Part shown: in pieces, positions 31,375-44,302 of the stretch
Numbering within the stretch: the stretch's first letter is position 1
Layout: each line of letters opens with the position of its first letter
DNA from: Blastocatellia bacterium
Lineage (GTDB): Bacteria > Acidobacteriota > Blastocatellia > RBC074
Direction of reading: 5' to 3'
DNA: 64,000 nt
NCBI GenBank assembly: GCA_046331525.1
Contig: JAXLQQ010000022.1
Location: 9,386-73,385, forward strand
Translations under genes and position numbers: made by a program
The notes under the pieces: generated by a model
Seen by the model: the letters and a program-made list of their open reading frames with translations, nothing else
The model's database searches: none
Told to the model about the DNA's origin: nothing

Positions 31375-32574
31375 TCAATATTTGCTGATAACAGAGGCAA
31401 CCGGTGTCGCAGCAGAAATCGCGGGCGCGGCCTCCGGTGTCGCCGCCTGGCGGGCCTGCATTTCATCGCTCACGCTGCCGCCACCGAAGCCGGACAAACG
31501 CAACGCCAAATTATGCGGATTGGTGGAATAGGCTAAGCCATCATCCTTCGTCACGACTTGTTCCTGAATCAATCGCTCAATCACCATATCGAATGATTGC
31601 ATGCCTTCCAACACGCCGTCCGTCATTGCCGCCACGAGCGAGCGACCTTCGCCTTCGCCGCGTTCGATGTATTCGCGGGTACGCGGCGTGGATTTCAGAA
31701 TCTCCACCGCCGCCACGCGCCCCAAGCTGTCAGCGCGCGGAATCAAACGCTGCGAAATCACGTAGCGGAAAGATTGCGCGAGGCGTGTGCGAATCACGCT
31801 CTCTTCGTTTTTCGGAAACATCCCGATGATGCGATCAATCGTCTTGGCTGCGTCAATCGTGTGCAACGTCGAAAGCACGAGGTGGCCGGTTTCAGCGGCT
31901 TCGAGCGCGATTTCGGTCGTTTCGATGTCGCGCATTTCGCCGACCAGAATGACTTTTGGCGCTTGTCTGAGCGCGGCGCGCAGGGCCATCGCAAAATTCG
32001 GCGTGTCGCTGCCGAGTTCGCGTTGATTGATTGTGGCCACGCGATGCAAATGCAAAAATTCAATCGGGTCTTCAATCGTGATGATGTGGTACGGCTTTTC
32101 CAGGTTGAATTTGTTGATGATCGCCGCGAGCGTCGAGGATTTGCCGGAACCTGTTGGCCCCGTTACCAGCACCAACCCGTTTTTGAGTGCCGTGATGTCG
32201 CCAAGCGTCGTGGGCAATTGCAGCGAAGACAGCGACGGCACCTGCGGCGGAATGACGCGCATCACAATGCCGAGCGTGCCGCGTTGGCGAAAGATGTTGA
32301 CGCGAAAGCGCGAGCGCATCGGCAGGCTGTAGCTAATATCGGTCGAACCGGTCTTAATCAGCTTTTCGACGGCTTCGGCATTGTCGCCAAGCAGCGCCAT
32401 GGCCATGACTTCGGTGTGATACGGCGTGATGGTTTTCAGCCCAACGTCCACGGGAACGAGTTTCCCGTTCACTTCCACTTGCGGCGCGCGTCCGACCGAG
32501 AAATTCAGGTCGCTCACCATCTCCGAAACGTTCAGCATCTTCTCGATAATAGGCGGAAGGTCAATGTAACTCAT
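31375..32574 (-). CDS. pilT: Type IV pilus retraction (twitching motility) ATPase of the PilT family
   Basis: It has Walker A GPTGSGKSSTLAA, the Asp box/Walker B VILVGEMRD, and the His box LVLSTLHT. I chose the start MSYIDLPP at 32574. Confidence 0.85.
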   Translation of the reverse strand: MSYIDLPPIIEKMLNVSEMVSDLNFSVGRAPQVEVNGKLVPVDVGLKTITPYHTEVMAMALLGDNAEAVEKLIKTGSTDISYSLPMRSRFRVNIFRQRGTLGIVMRVIPPQVPSLSSLQLPTTLGDITALKNGLVLVTGPTGSGKSSTLAAIINKFNLEKPYHIITIEDPIEFLHLHRVATINQRELGSDTPNFAMALRAALRQAPKVILVGEMRDIETTEIALEAAETGHLVLSTLHTIDAAKTIDRIIGMFPKNEESVIRTRLAQSFRYVISQRLIPRADSLGRVAAVEILKSTPRTREYIERGEGEGRSLVAAMTDGVLEGMQSFDMVIERLIQEQVVTKDDGLAYSTNPHNLALRLSGFGGGSVSDEMQARQAATPEAAPAISAATPVASVISKY

Positions 32575-32736
32575 AACCTCGTGCGGCGTCTGGGAATCAA
32601 CGGAGAGGGCTGTTTGAAGGGACTGACCGGGGAGGTCAAGTGCTGGTTCGCAGTGTGGCATGAAAGCGCAAAAGCGCGCAAGAAAAATCTGCGCCGCAAG
32701 AACGACAAAACGTAAAGAACAACAGTGAGTTTCAGG

Positions 32737-33405
32737 CTAAGTAGCAAGAGTGGCAAGCCAGCGTTTCGTTTGTCCTTCGATGTCCGGTTTTGCAAGCATT
32801 GCCCGTGCAAAATCATCGGCAAGGGAAAGCAGGGGCGGCGGGTATAACGCAGAAATGACGGCAAGGCTGTTAGCGCCTGCGGCAATCACCTCCGGCGCGG
32901 CGGCCAACGTGATGCCCCCAATGGCGACCAGCGGCAAGGACGTTAACGCCCGCGCCTGTCGCAGTAATTCCAACCCAACCACTGGATCAGGGTTCGCCTT
33001 AGTCGTCGTCGAAAAAATTGGGCCAATCGCAATGTAATTCGCCGATGTCGTCAACGCCGCTTCGACCTGTGCAAGCGAATGAGTGGAAATGCCGATGAGT
33101 TTTTCCGGCCCCAGCAGGGCACGCGCTTCGGCAACAGTCAAATCCTCCTGCCCCAAATGCACGCCATCGGCACCGGTCGCCAGCACAACATCTACGCGGT
33201 CATTGATGATGAGCGTGGCCCCTGCGGCGCGCGTCAGGGTCAAACATTCACGCGCCGCATCCAGCAGATCTTTCGCGCTGGCCTCTTTGTCGCGCAGTTG
33301 AATAAGTTTTGCCCCGCCAGCCAGCAGGCGCGACACGATTTCAGCGTGCGAGCAGTTCGAGAGTTGCGTATCTGTAATGGCGTAGAGTTTGGAGGGCAGC
33401 ATCAT
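32737..33405 (-). CDS. thiE: Thiamine-phosphate synthase
   Basis: LYAITD, IQLRDK, VHLGQEDL, IAIGPIF.T.TK and VAIGGI are typical ThiE segments. It has a 4-nt overlap with the upstream LOG gene. Confidence 0.85.
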   Translation of the reverse strand: MMLPSKLYAITDTQLSNCSHAEIVSRLLAGGAKLIQLRDKEASAKDLLDAARECLTLTRAAGATLIINDRVDVVLATGADGVHLGQEDLTVAEARALLGPEKLIGISTHSLAQVEAALTTSANYIAIGPIFSTTTKANPDPVVGLELLRQARALTSLPLVAIGGITLAAAPEVIAAGANSLAVISALYPPPLLSLADDFARAMLAKPDIEGQTKRWLATLAT

Positions 33406-34106
33406 TTTTCCTGCGTGCGAATCACAGCCTGCACGGCTTCTTCGGGGGAATCGGTGAGGACAAGCAGATCAATATCTTCGGGCGAAATCGTTCCCTGAGC
33501 AATCATTGTTTCTTTGATCCACTTGACCAACCCGCCCCAATAATCGCTGCCAAACAGCACGACGGGAAAGTTGCGAATCTTTTTCGTTTGAATCAGCGTC
33601 AAAGCTTCAAATAGCTCGTCCATTGTGCCGAAGCCGCCGGGGAAGATGATAAAAGCGATGGCATATTTGACGAACATCACTTTGCGCACGAAGAAATAAT
33701 TGAACGTCAGCGAAATGCTTTGGTATGGGTTCGGTGCCTGCTCAAACGGCAATTCAATATTACAGCCTATGGACATGCCGCCCGCTTCGGACGCCCCTTT
33801 GTTGCCCGCTTCCATAATGCCAGGGCCACCGCCCGTGATGACGGCATAGCCGGCTTTTGCCAGTAGGCGACCCGTTTCGACAGCGGCCTGATAATATTCG
33901 CTGTCCGGCTCAATGCGTGCTGAACCAAAGATCGAAACACCGGGCGGAATCCGCGCCAGATCATCGAAGCCGTCCACAAATTCGCCCATGATTTTGAAAA
34001 TGCGCCAGGGATCGGTTTGGGTGAAATCCTGTTCCGCCTGTGTCGGGATTTCCAGCAACTGCTGGTCAGCCGTCACATCATTGCGCCGCCGTTTATGTTT
34101 CGCCAT
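33402..34106 (-). CDS. LOG-family (TIGR00730) nucleotide phosphoribohydrolase
   Basis: It has the LOG hallmarks GGGPGIMEAGNKGA and PGGFGTMDELFEALTLIQT. Confidence 0.85.
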   Translation of the reverse strand: MAKHKRRRNDVTADQQLLEIPTQAEQDFTQTDPWRIFKIMGEFVDGFDDLARIPPGVSIFGSARIEPDSEYYQAAVETGRLLAKAGYAVITGGGPGIMEAGNKGASEAGGMSIGCNIELPFEQAPNPYQSISLTFNYFFVRKVMFVKYAIAFIIFPGGFGTMDELFEALTLIQTKKIRNFPVVLFGSDYWGGLVKWIKETMIAQGTISPEDIDLLVLTDSPEEAVQAVIRTQEK

Positions 34107-34169
34107 TCATTGTGCCTCTCTTGAAAAAAAATGCGAGACAATCGGGGAGCCGCGATTATCCACAATCAG

Positions 34170-34312
34170 AGAGGAAGTGGCAAAGGGGATTTTGGGGGAA
34201 GCGGACGGAGAGAAGGAGGGAAGAAGCGACAGAGAGAAGGAGGGAAGAGAGAGGGAGCGTTCTTGTTATCTCTCCGTTTCTTCGCCCCTCTTTCTCTCCA
34301 TCGCTCCCTCTC
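34170..34312. repeat. Purine-tract / pyrimidine-tract inverted repeat containing a 17-nt direct repeat
   Basis: GAGAGAAGGAGGGAAGA is present twice (34208-34224 and 34232-34248). Complementary CT-rich arms follow (TCTCTCCGTTTCTTCGCCCCTCTTTCTCTCC, CGCTCCCTCTC). Confidence 0.55.
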
Positions 34313-34314
34313 AG

Positions 34315-34659
34315 CTAGACTTGCGCCTGCGGGCGGGCGTGAATCTTGATAGTGTCGTAATCCTCCGCTTCAACCTTGAATTCGTAGCCGCGTGCAGGTT
34401 GATAACGACCAAGCATTTCATTCACTTTCGTCACCATCGGCTCGACGAAATCCAGCATAAAGCTGCTTTCTTCGACCACCTTATGTTGTTCGTGCGCGAT
34501 TTCTTCCTTGGAAATGCCGATGTGATGCAACAGGCGTAAAGGCAGGTTTTTCACTTCCATTATGCCGGTGTCCAGATCATATTCTTCGTGACGGGATTCG
34601 AGTTCGAGTAACTGTTTGTAAAAGCTCTCCTGATCAGCGAAGTTCAATTTGCTACCCAT
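34315..34659 (-). CDS. Hypothetical protein (114 aa)
   Basis: The ORF is clean with protein-like composition. I recognise no family. Confidence 0.55.
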   Translation of the reverse strand: MGSKLNFADQESFYKQLLELESRHEEYDLDTGIMEVKNLPLRLLHHIGISKEEIAHEQHKVVEESSFMLDFVEPMVTKVNEMLGRYQPARGYEFKVEAEDYDTIKIHARPQAQV

Positions 34660-34886
34660 AGTTCCTCCATTTTGGCTTTGTCCTTGGGATTAAATGAGCG
34701 GCTTTGCAGCCTTCATTTTTTATATGAGAGCGACCCATATATTGAACTAAAAAAGAGCTAGAAATCGTGTGCAGGGATAAACGCAAGTTACGGCAGGCCC
34801 ACAGAAAAGTCAAACCGGAAAAAGGCCGCAGAATCGCTGCTTGCGAGGGTTTTAGGGAGAGTGATATAGTCGTCGTGGCGAAGGAT

Positions 34887-35300
34887 ATGACCAGGCAATT
34901 CCTTACAATACTGTTGTTACTCGTTTTCGGTGGCTTGCCCATTGCAGCGCAGGTCTATCAAGTATCCGCAGGCATTAATGAAGCATTGGTGCAGGCCAGC
35001 GAAGAAGGCGAGACGATGGCGTGCTGCCAACAAGCCGGGCACTGCCAGATGTCAATGCCCGTACCAACTGCCAGCCCAACAACAGACTGCCCTACCCAGT
35101 GCGCCTGTGCACCCAGTGAGCCGATATTGCCCGCGAATTTGGCAACATCTACTCTACAAGCGCCGTTCAGCGAAGAAGCCCCGCTACCGCCTGCGCCGTC
35201 GCAACGATGGGGAACAATCGGCTCACCCGGAGTACTACGCCAACCGCCGATTCTCTCTTCCCGCAGAACCTACTTACGCCATACCTGCTTACGAATTTAA
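34887..35300 (+). CDS. Secreted Cys/His/Met-rich small protein, a putative metal-binding accessory protein
   Basis: The start MTRQFLTILLLLVFGGLPIAAQ looks like a signal peptide. It carries MACCQQAGHCQMSMP and DCPTQCAC. It heads the copper-type efflux cluster. Confidence 0.5.
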   Translation: MTRQFLTILLLLVFGGLPIAAQVYQVSAGINEALVQASEEGETMACCQQAGHCQMSMPVPTASPTTDCPTQCACAPSEPILPANLATSTLQAPFSEEAPLPPAPSQRWGTIGSPGVLRQPPILSSRRTYLRHTCLRI

Positions 35301-35366
35301 TCCCGCCGTAGCAGTCGTAGTGTCACTAAAAATCAACTTTACTCTAACTTTCTGAAGTATTCACTT

Positions 35367-35708
35367 ATGAAGAGCCGCATCGCGCTATGCTGTGCAGGGC
35401 TGCTGTTGTTGACGGGGCTAAGCGCCGCGCCCAGCCGCAAGCCTGGCAAAACCATTACGGTCAAAATCACGAAAAAAGGCTTTGAACCAAAGGAATTATC
35501 GTTGCCGCGTGGCGTGCCTGTGCGCCTGATTTTCATTCGTCAAACCGCCCAGACGTGCGGCACCGAAGTAACCTTCCCCACCTATCACATCACCAAACCA
35601 TTGCCGCTGCATAAACCTGTGAGCATTGAATTCACGCCGACTGAAGAAGGCACGCTGAACTTCACCTGCGGGATGGACATGCTGCGCGGCAAGGTCGTCG
35701 TGCAATAA
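35367..35708 (+). CDS. Cupredoxin-like domain protein
   Basis: It has a signal peptide. ITVKITKKGFEP...TCG...FTCGMDMLRGKVVV matches the cupredoxin_1 pattern. Confidence 0.75.
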   Translation: MKSRIALCCAGLLLLTGLSAAPSRKPGKTITVKITKKGFEPKELSLPRGVPVRLIFIRQTAQTCGTEVTFPTYHITKPLPLHKPVSIEFTPTEEGTLNFTCGMDMLRGKVVVQ

Positions 35709-35723
35709 CCAAACAAGGACTTT

Positions 35724-36194
35724 ATGAAAACTAAATTCTTGCTGCTCTCCTCTTTCGCTTTCCTGCTTACCGTTTTTACAGCCTGCAATGAACCTGCCGC
35801 CAGCAACGGCGCGAGTCCTGGGGCTTCCACCGCAACGAGCAACACCGCCAGTACCGGCAAAACCATCGCGTCAGGCAAATCCGGCGACATCACCGCTACA
35901 CTGCTTAACGCACAAGGCCAGTTGAAAGACGGCGACAACGACTTCACCGTCGAATTCCGCAATGCCGCTGGGCAGCCCGTAGATGTAGGGGCCATCACGA
36001 TGTTCATTGACATGCCCGCGATGCCGCCCACGATGCCGTATATGAAAAATAACGTGAAGCTGCTGACCACTAACACGCCCGGCATTTACCAGGCTACGGT
36101 ACATTTGGAAATGGCGGGCACCTGGACAGCACATATCGCGTACAAAAACAGCGCAACCGAAGGAAAAATGGAGTTTCCGCTTCGCTTGAAATAG
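35724..36194 (+). CDS. FixH/YtkA-like lipoprotein
   Basis: It has a lipobox (LLTVFTAC). The beta-sandwich-like C-terminus (VHLEMAGTWTAHIAY) is of the type seen next to metal efflux genes. Confidence 0.65.
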   Translation: MKTKFLLLSSFAFLLTVFTACNEPAASNGASPGASTATSNTASTGKTIASGKSGDITATLLNAQGQLKDGDNDFTVEFRNAAGQPVDVGAITMFIDMPAMPPTMPYMKNNVKLLTTNTPGIYQATVHLEMAGTWTAHIAYKNSATEGKMEFPLRLK

Positions 36195-36208
36195 CAAGGC
36201 GGTCTTTA

Positions 36209-36256
36209 GTCTTTGGCTTTTGGTCTTTGGTAAAACAAAGACCAAAAGCCAAAGAC
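36209..36256. repeat. Perfect 21-bp hairpin (GTCTTTGGCTTTTGGTCTTTG / 6-nt loop / complement), 10 nt upstream of the cusA ATG
   Basis: The arms at 36209-36229 and 36236-36256 are exact reverse complements. They are built from TGGTCTTTGG-type units. Confidence 0.75.
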
Positions 36257-36266
36257 CAAAAACCCA

Positions 36267-39510
<3,244 letters not shown>

Positions 39511-39520
39511 CAGATGATTT

Positions 39521-40072
39521 ATGCAGATTGTTGACCTCCAAACTAACAACCAAACCGCGCTACAACAGTGCGCACAAATCCTCTACGATTCGTTTCAGGA
39601 ACACGCGCCGAAAGCCTGGCCGACACTGAAGGCAGCGCTAGAGGAAGTGCAGGAATCGCTGGCCGCAGATCGCGTCAGCCGCATTGCCATTGATGAAACG
39701 GGCAATGTGCTGGGCTGGATTGGCGGCATTTGCGAGTACAGCGGACACGCCTGGGAATTGCATCCGTTAGTAGTCAAAGCGACTGAACGACGGAAAGGCA
39801 TTGCGCGGGCGTTGGTGCAAGATTTGGAAGGGATCATCAAAGCGCGAGGCGCAACCACGCTTTACCTCGGCACCGATGATGAGGACAATCGCACTTCATT
39901 ATCCAATGCTGATTTGTATCCGGATGTTTTCGCGCACATCAAGCAAATCCAAAACCTGCGGCAGCATCCCTATGCGTTTTATCAAAAGCTCGGCTTTGTC
40001 ATCGTCGGCGTTTTGCCAGATGCGAATGGGCCGGGCAAACCAGATATTTTTATGGCGAAACGAATCGCATAA
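39521..40072 (+). CDS. GNAT-family N-acetyltransferase (AAC(6')-like by pattern)
   Basis: The acetyl-CoA-binding segment is LHPLVVKATERRKGIARALVQDLE, and YQKLGF lies at the C-terminus. Confidence 0.8.
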   Translation: MQIVDLQTNNQTALQQCAQILYDSFQEHAPKAWPTLKAALEEVQESLAADRVSRIAIDETGNVLGWIGGICEYSGHAWELHPLVVKATERRKGIARALVQDLEGIIKARGATTLYLGTDDEDNRTSLSNADLYPDVFAHIKQIQNLRQHPYAFYQKLGFVIVGVLPDANGPGKPDIFMAKRIA

Positions 40073-40102
40073 TTTTACACAACAACCCCTGGAGACAACC
40101 CA

Positions 40103-40432
40103 ATGAAGCTTATGAAATCACTCGTAATTTTACTTGCCCTGTTCGCCGCCGCCTGTGGGCAAACTTCGTCCGGCGAAATTGCCGTGAAGGACGTAGCCGC
40201 CACGCGCGCATTATTCGCGAGCCAACAATGTGCCACCTGTCACGGCAACAATGGCGAGGGCGGTGTGGGCGCGAAACTCACCACTGGTTTGCCAATGCAA
40301 CGTTCGCTCGCGCAGATCGAAACGCAAATCAAAAACGGTTCCGGCGTGATGCCTGCATTTCAAGACAAGTTAAGTGAAGAACAAATTCAGGAATTGGCAA
40401 AATTCGTATACAAAGAAATACAAAAACGCTAA
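40103..40432 (+). CDS. Class I c-type cytochrome lipoprotein
   Basis: It has a signal/lipobox LFAAACG, the heme motif CATCHG, and a distal Met in GSGVMPAF. Confidence 0.8.
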   Translation: MKLMKSLVILLALFAAACGQTSSGEIAVKDVAATRALFASQQCATCHGNNGEGGVGAKLTTGLPMQRSLAQIETQIKNGSGVMPAFQDKLSEEQIQELAKFVYKEIQKR

Positions 40433-40588
40433 TCGAGGCAACGCGACGATGCACAAGCAGTGCGCGTTGGTTTGACGATGAAGTATCAAATGGCAGCGAA
40501 AACCCAAGTCCCAAGGGGGCGAAATCCGGGAGTCCGGGGCGGAGCGGTAGCGCAACCTCAGGAAAACCGTGCCCTGTTGGGGCTGAAA

Positions 40589-41863
40589 ATGCTGTTTTTG
40601 TTGCGCAACATTCTTGCCCTGTTCTTTTCCCTGGCAACCGTTGCCTTGGCCCAACTCAATGAAATCGGGTTGAAAGATGCGATCAAATACGCGCTGGCGA
40701 ATAACAAGAACCTGCAAGCGGATCGTAAACAACTCGACATCGCTGCCGGGCGATTGAAACAGGCGGGACTGCGCGCGAATCCGATGCTGGAAACTTCGGG
40801 CTTGTCGGGCCTGATGGATAGCAGCATGCAATCAGGTTCGGTAATGATGACATTGCCGCTCGAAGCAGGCGGGCGGCGCGCGCGGCGGATCGAAGTGGCC
40901 GAACGCGAATTACAACGCTTGCGCTACGAAGTCGCCGAACGCGAACGCCGACTCACGGCTGACGTGCGCATCAAGTACGGCGAGGCCGTCGAAGCGCAGC
41001 GCAATCTTGATCTGAGCAATCGTCTGCTCGAATTAAATCAAAACACCTATCGCATCATTCAGGCGCGCGTCACCGAAGGCGCAAGCGCACCGCTCGAACA
41101 AAACCAACTACAGGTCGAAGTCAGCAAGCTCGACGCGCAAAAACAAACTTACATTGCCCGCGTGGCCGTGTTGCGCGAAGAATTAAAAGCGCTGCTCGGC
41201 ACCGAAGAAGACCTGCGCTGGCGTGATGAATTTGTCGCTTTGCCGGTTGCGCTTGGCAAAGAGGAATTGCTGCAAGCGGCCTTCAACTCACGCCCGGATT
41301 TACAGGCGGCACGCGCAGCGGAAGCGGTTGCGGCAGCGATGATCGAACAGGCAAAAACCGAAGGGAAATATGATTTGAGCTTGTTTGCCGAACTCGGTTT
41401 TCAACGATGGCGCTTCGATCAATTCGGCTTCGCGCACGATGGCGCGTTGGAACAGGTCGGAATGCGGACGGGAATGGTGCGGGCGGGCGTCAGCCTGACG
41501 TTGCCGCTGCGCAACAAAAATCAAGGCAACATCGAAGCGGCTGTCGCGGCCAGCGAAGAGGCGCGGTTGCGGCGTGAATTCGTCGAAACCATGATTCGGC
41601 GCGAAGTCACGGCGGCCTATGTGCGATGGGAAGGCGCAGCGCGTGTGCTGAAAACCTACGATACGGAACTACTGGCGGCAGCTCAAAACAATCTGCGCGT
41701 CGTGCGCTCCAGCTTCGACCTCGGCTATTCGCGTATCACCGAAGTGCTGGCCGAGCAGCGGCGGTTGGTGGAAGTGCAGATGAGTTACACGGCAGCACTG
41801 AAGGAATACTACGTCGCACGGACTGAATTGGAAACCGTGACAGGCGCGGAACTGGGCAAATGA
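40589..41863 (+). CDS. cusC: TolC-family outer-membrane efflux protein (CusC-like)
   Basis: The start MLFLLRNILALFFSLATVALAQ looks like a signal peptide. Two OEP repeats have coiled-coil sequence. The track ORF starts earlier, at 40460. Confidence 0.8.
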   Translation: MLFLLRNILALFFSLATVALAQLNEIGLKDAIKYALANNKNLQADRKQLDIAAGRLKQAGLRANPMLETSGLSGLMDSSMQSGSVMMTLPLEAGGRRARRIEVAERELQRLRYEVAERERRLTADVRIKYGEAVEAQRNLDLSNRLLELNQNTYRIIQARVTEGASAPLEQNQLQVEVSKLDAQKQTYIARVAVLREELKALLGTEEDLRWRDEFVALPVALGKEELLQAAFNSRPDLQAARAAEAVAAAMIEQAKTEGKYDLSLFAELGFQRWRFDQFGFAHDGALEQVGMRTGMVRAGVSLTLPLRNKNQGNIEAAVAASEEARLRREFVETMIRREVTAAYVRWEGAARVLKTYDTELLAAAQNNLRVVRSSFDLGYSRITEVLAEQRRLVEVQMSYTAALKEYYVARTELETVTGAELGK

Positions 41864-41866
41864 GTT

Positions 41867-43165
41867 ATGACTGAAAATGACCAGGAACAAGAACTGCGCG
41901 CACCCACAAAACGCCGCTGGATATTGGCTATCGCGGCGCTGGCGCTCGTGGTCGTATTGGCGCTGGCTGTTGCGTTGTGGCGTCGTCCAGTACCGACGGC
42001 TGGCACCGCAGGTCGCGAAGTTCCTACCGTCGAAAGCCTCGGCGGGCAAACCGCTGGCCGCGAAGTCCCCAGCGTTGAATCGGTTTCCGGCAGCGAAATG
42101 CCTATGCCTACAGGCAAAGGCGACTTGACTTTACCGCCGGAAATGATTGAGCGCATCAAACTGCAAGTGGCCGAAGTCAAAACCCAGGCAGTCGCCAACC
42201 AATTGCGCACGACGGGCACGGTGCAGGCCAACGCTTACAAAGAAACGCGCGTGACGCCGCTGGTCGGGGGGCGCGTAACCGCAGTCAATGCGCAGCTGGG
42301 CGATGCCGTAAAAAAAGGCCAAACGCTGGCCACGATTTTCAGTACTGATCTGGCGCAGGAGCAGATGGAATATTTGAAGGTCGAAGCCAATTTGAATCTG
42401 CACATTGCGCAATCCGAGCGCTATCGCAAGCTCGCCGAAATCGGCGCGATCAGCGTGCAGGAAAAACAGGAAGTGGACGCCCGATTACAGGAACATCACG
42501 CTGAACACGCCAGCCACCGGCAAAAGCTCAAATTGCTCGGCCTGAGCGATGCGCAAATTGACAACTTGAAAAACGCAGCGACGGTGACTTCAGAGGTTGC
42601 CGTGCCTGCGCCGTCGTCCGGCATTATCACGACACGCAGCATCAACGTCGGGCAGGTCGTCACAATAGCCGACAGTTTGTTTTCTGTAACGGATTTGACG
42701 ACAGTGTGGGTAATGGCGAACGTCTACGAAAAAGACTTCAACACAATGCGCATCGGCGCGCGCGTCACGGTCACTGCGCCCGCATATCCGGGTCGGCAAT
42801 TCAGCGGCACGATTTCTTACATTGATCCGCGCGTTGACCCGAACACGCGCACCGCGCAGGCGCGTATCGAAGTGCCAAACCCCAATCAAGCCTTAAAAAT
42901 CGGGATGTTCGTGGATGTTGCCTTAAATACCGCGGGCACGCAGGGAGCCGTTTTGGTGCCGAAGGCCGCGCTGCAAATCATCAGCAATGAGCAGGCCGTG
43001 TTTGTCGCGCTGGGCGGCGGGCAGTTTCAAATGCGCAAGCTCCAACTGGGCGAGGAGGTCGGTGATGCTGTGCGGGTCGTGAGTGGCGTGAGTGCAGGAG
43101 AAAAAGTCGTAACGGAAGGCAGCTTCTTTTTGCGCGCCGAAATCGGCAGGCGCGGAAATCAATAA
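41867..43165 (+). CDS. cusB: RND efflux periplasmic adaptor (CusB/HlyD-like)
   Basis: It has a transmembrane anchor and lipoyl/beta-barrel segments (TGTVQANAYKETRVTPLVGGRV, VWVMANVYEKD). Confidence 0.8.
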   Translation: MTENDQEQELRAPTKRRWILAIAALALVVVLALAVALWRRPVPTAGTAGREVPTVESLGGQTAGREVPSVESVSGSEMPMPTGKGDLTLPPEMIERIKLQVAEVKTQAVANQLRTTGTVQANAYKETRVTPLVGGRVTAVNAQLGDAVKKGQTLATIFSTDLAQEQMEYLKVEANLNLHIAQSERYRKLAEIGAISVQEKQEVDARLQEHHAEHASHRQKLKLLGLSDAQIDNLKNAATVTSEVAVPAPSSGIITTRSINVGQVVTIADSLFSVTDLTTVWVMANVYEKDFNTMRIGARVTVTAPAYPGRQFSGTISYIDPRVDPNTRTAQARIEVPNPNQALKIGMFVDVALNTAGTQGAVLVPKAALQIISNEQAVFVALGGGQFQMRKLQLGEEVGDAVRVVSGVSAGEKVVTEGSFFLRAEIGRRGNQ

Positions 43166-43168
43166 GGA

Positions 43169-44228
43169 CTAGGGCACTGGCGGCGTCAACTCCGCTTTCT
43201 TTTGCTCAATCAGTTCCCGCACCGCTGCAATTGAATACTGCCCCGGCGGCGTATGCTGCGCGGCCATTCGTTCCACCAGATCGAGCAAGGCGAAATTATA
43301 CGGCGTCGGAAGGTTGTATTTTTCGCCGAGCAACAGGATTTCGCCGTTCAGATAACTGGCCTCGCATTCGCCGTGCTGCCGCTGTAAATCCACCCAAGTC
43401 GAGACGTACGTGCGGTGTTCTTCGGGCAAATTTTCTGCCGCGCGAATCGCTTCTTCATTCGGTGCGCTTTCGCCGACTTCGCGCGCGCGGCGCGTCATCG
43501 CGTACACATCCAGTGGGCTATTGCCTTCGTTGAGCGGAATGCCGGAGGCTTCGACCACGCGCAAGCCTTCTTCCTGCACTTCTGCCATCAGCAAACTAGC
43601 TTCGGGCAGATTCCACGCAAGCTGTAAATGATGCCCGGTTGCCGCGAGCAACGCATTCGTCAAATTCAACACCAGCTTGCCCCACTTCGCCGCCATTACG
43701 TGCGCTGATAGCACCGCATTGAAACCGGCCTTCGCCAAATCCTGCGCAACCTTTGTAGCGATTTCGTCGCAGCCGAGCGGGTAATTCCCAATTGCCAAAT
43801 CCTGTTTCAGCGTATGCGCCGCTACGCCTGCCTCCAGATAATTCACGCACGCCGCAATCATCACACCGTAGACGTGCAGGAACCGTTCGGCAGCCGTCGT
43901 TTCATTGCGCACGCCGTTTTGCAGGCAAAAGAGCGGCGTGTCCTGCGGGAAGACTTCGTGCAATTCGTGAATGCATTGATTCGTCTGCGAAGCAACGCCG
44001 GCATCGCATATCGCCCGACTGCGGCGTCGGTTCGCGCGGCGATGTGACGGCATTGACATTCGTGACGTGTTTGGTCGGATGAAAGACGGAATGAATCGTC
44101 AGCCCATGCTGATTAATGGCTTCGGCCTGCGCGGGACGTGCGATCAGCACAACGTCCGCGCCCGTGTCGGCCAACGAGCCGCCAACAAGGCAACCAATCG
44201 CTCCGGCACCTTGAACGATGTAGCGCAT
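43169..44228 (-). pseudogene. panE: 2-dehydropantoate 2-reductase (PanE/ApbA family) with one frame break near 44000-44060
   Basis: The N-terminal Rossmann segment MRYIVQGAGAIGCLVGGSLA (43902..44228) and the C-terminal ApbA_C part (43169..44059) lie in different frames. Confidence 0.7.
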
Positions 44229-44302
44229 AAAAAATAAAGAGGAGAATTATTGAGAAAAACTGGTGCTCCCGGCACGACTCGAACGTGCGACCCTCTGCTT
44301 AG

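Noticed and set aside
32575-32736. GCGC-AAAA-GCGC and GCGCA...TGCGC mini-hairpins after thiE, and similar CTTTTTGCG repeats at 25840-25880, considered as another repeat family
   Set aside because: The stems are short (4-5 bp) GC clamps of generic terminator type. The similarity is too low-complexity to claim relatedness by eye.
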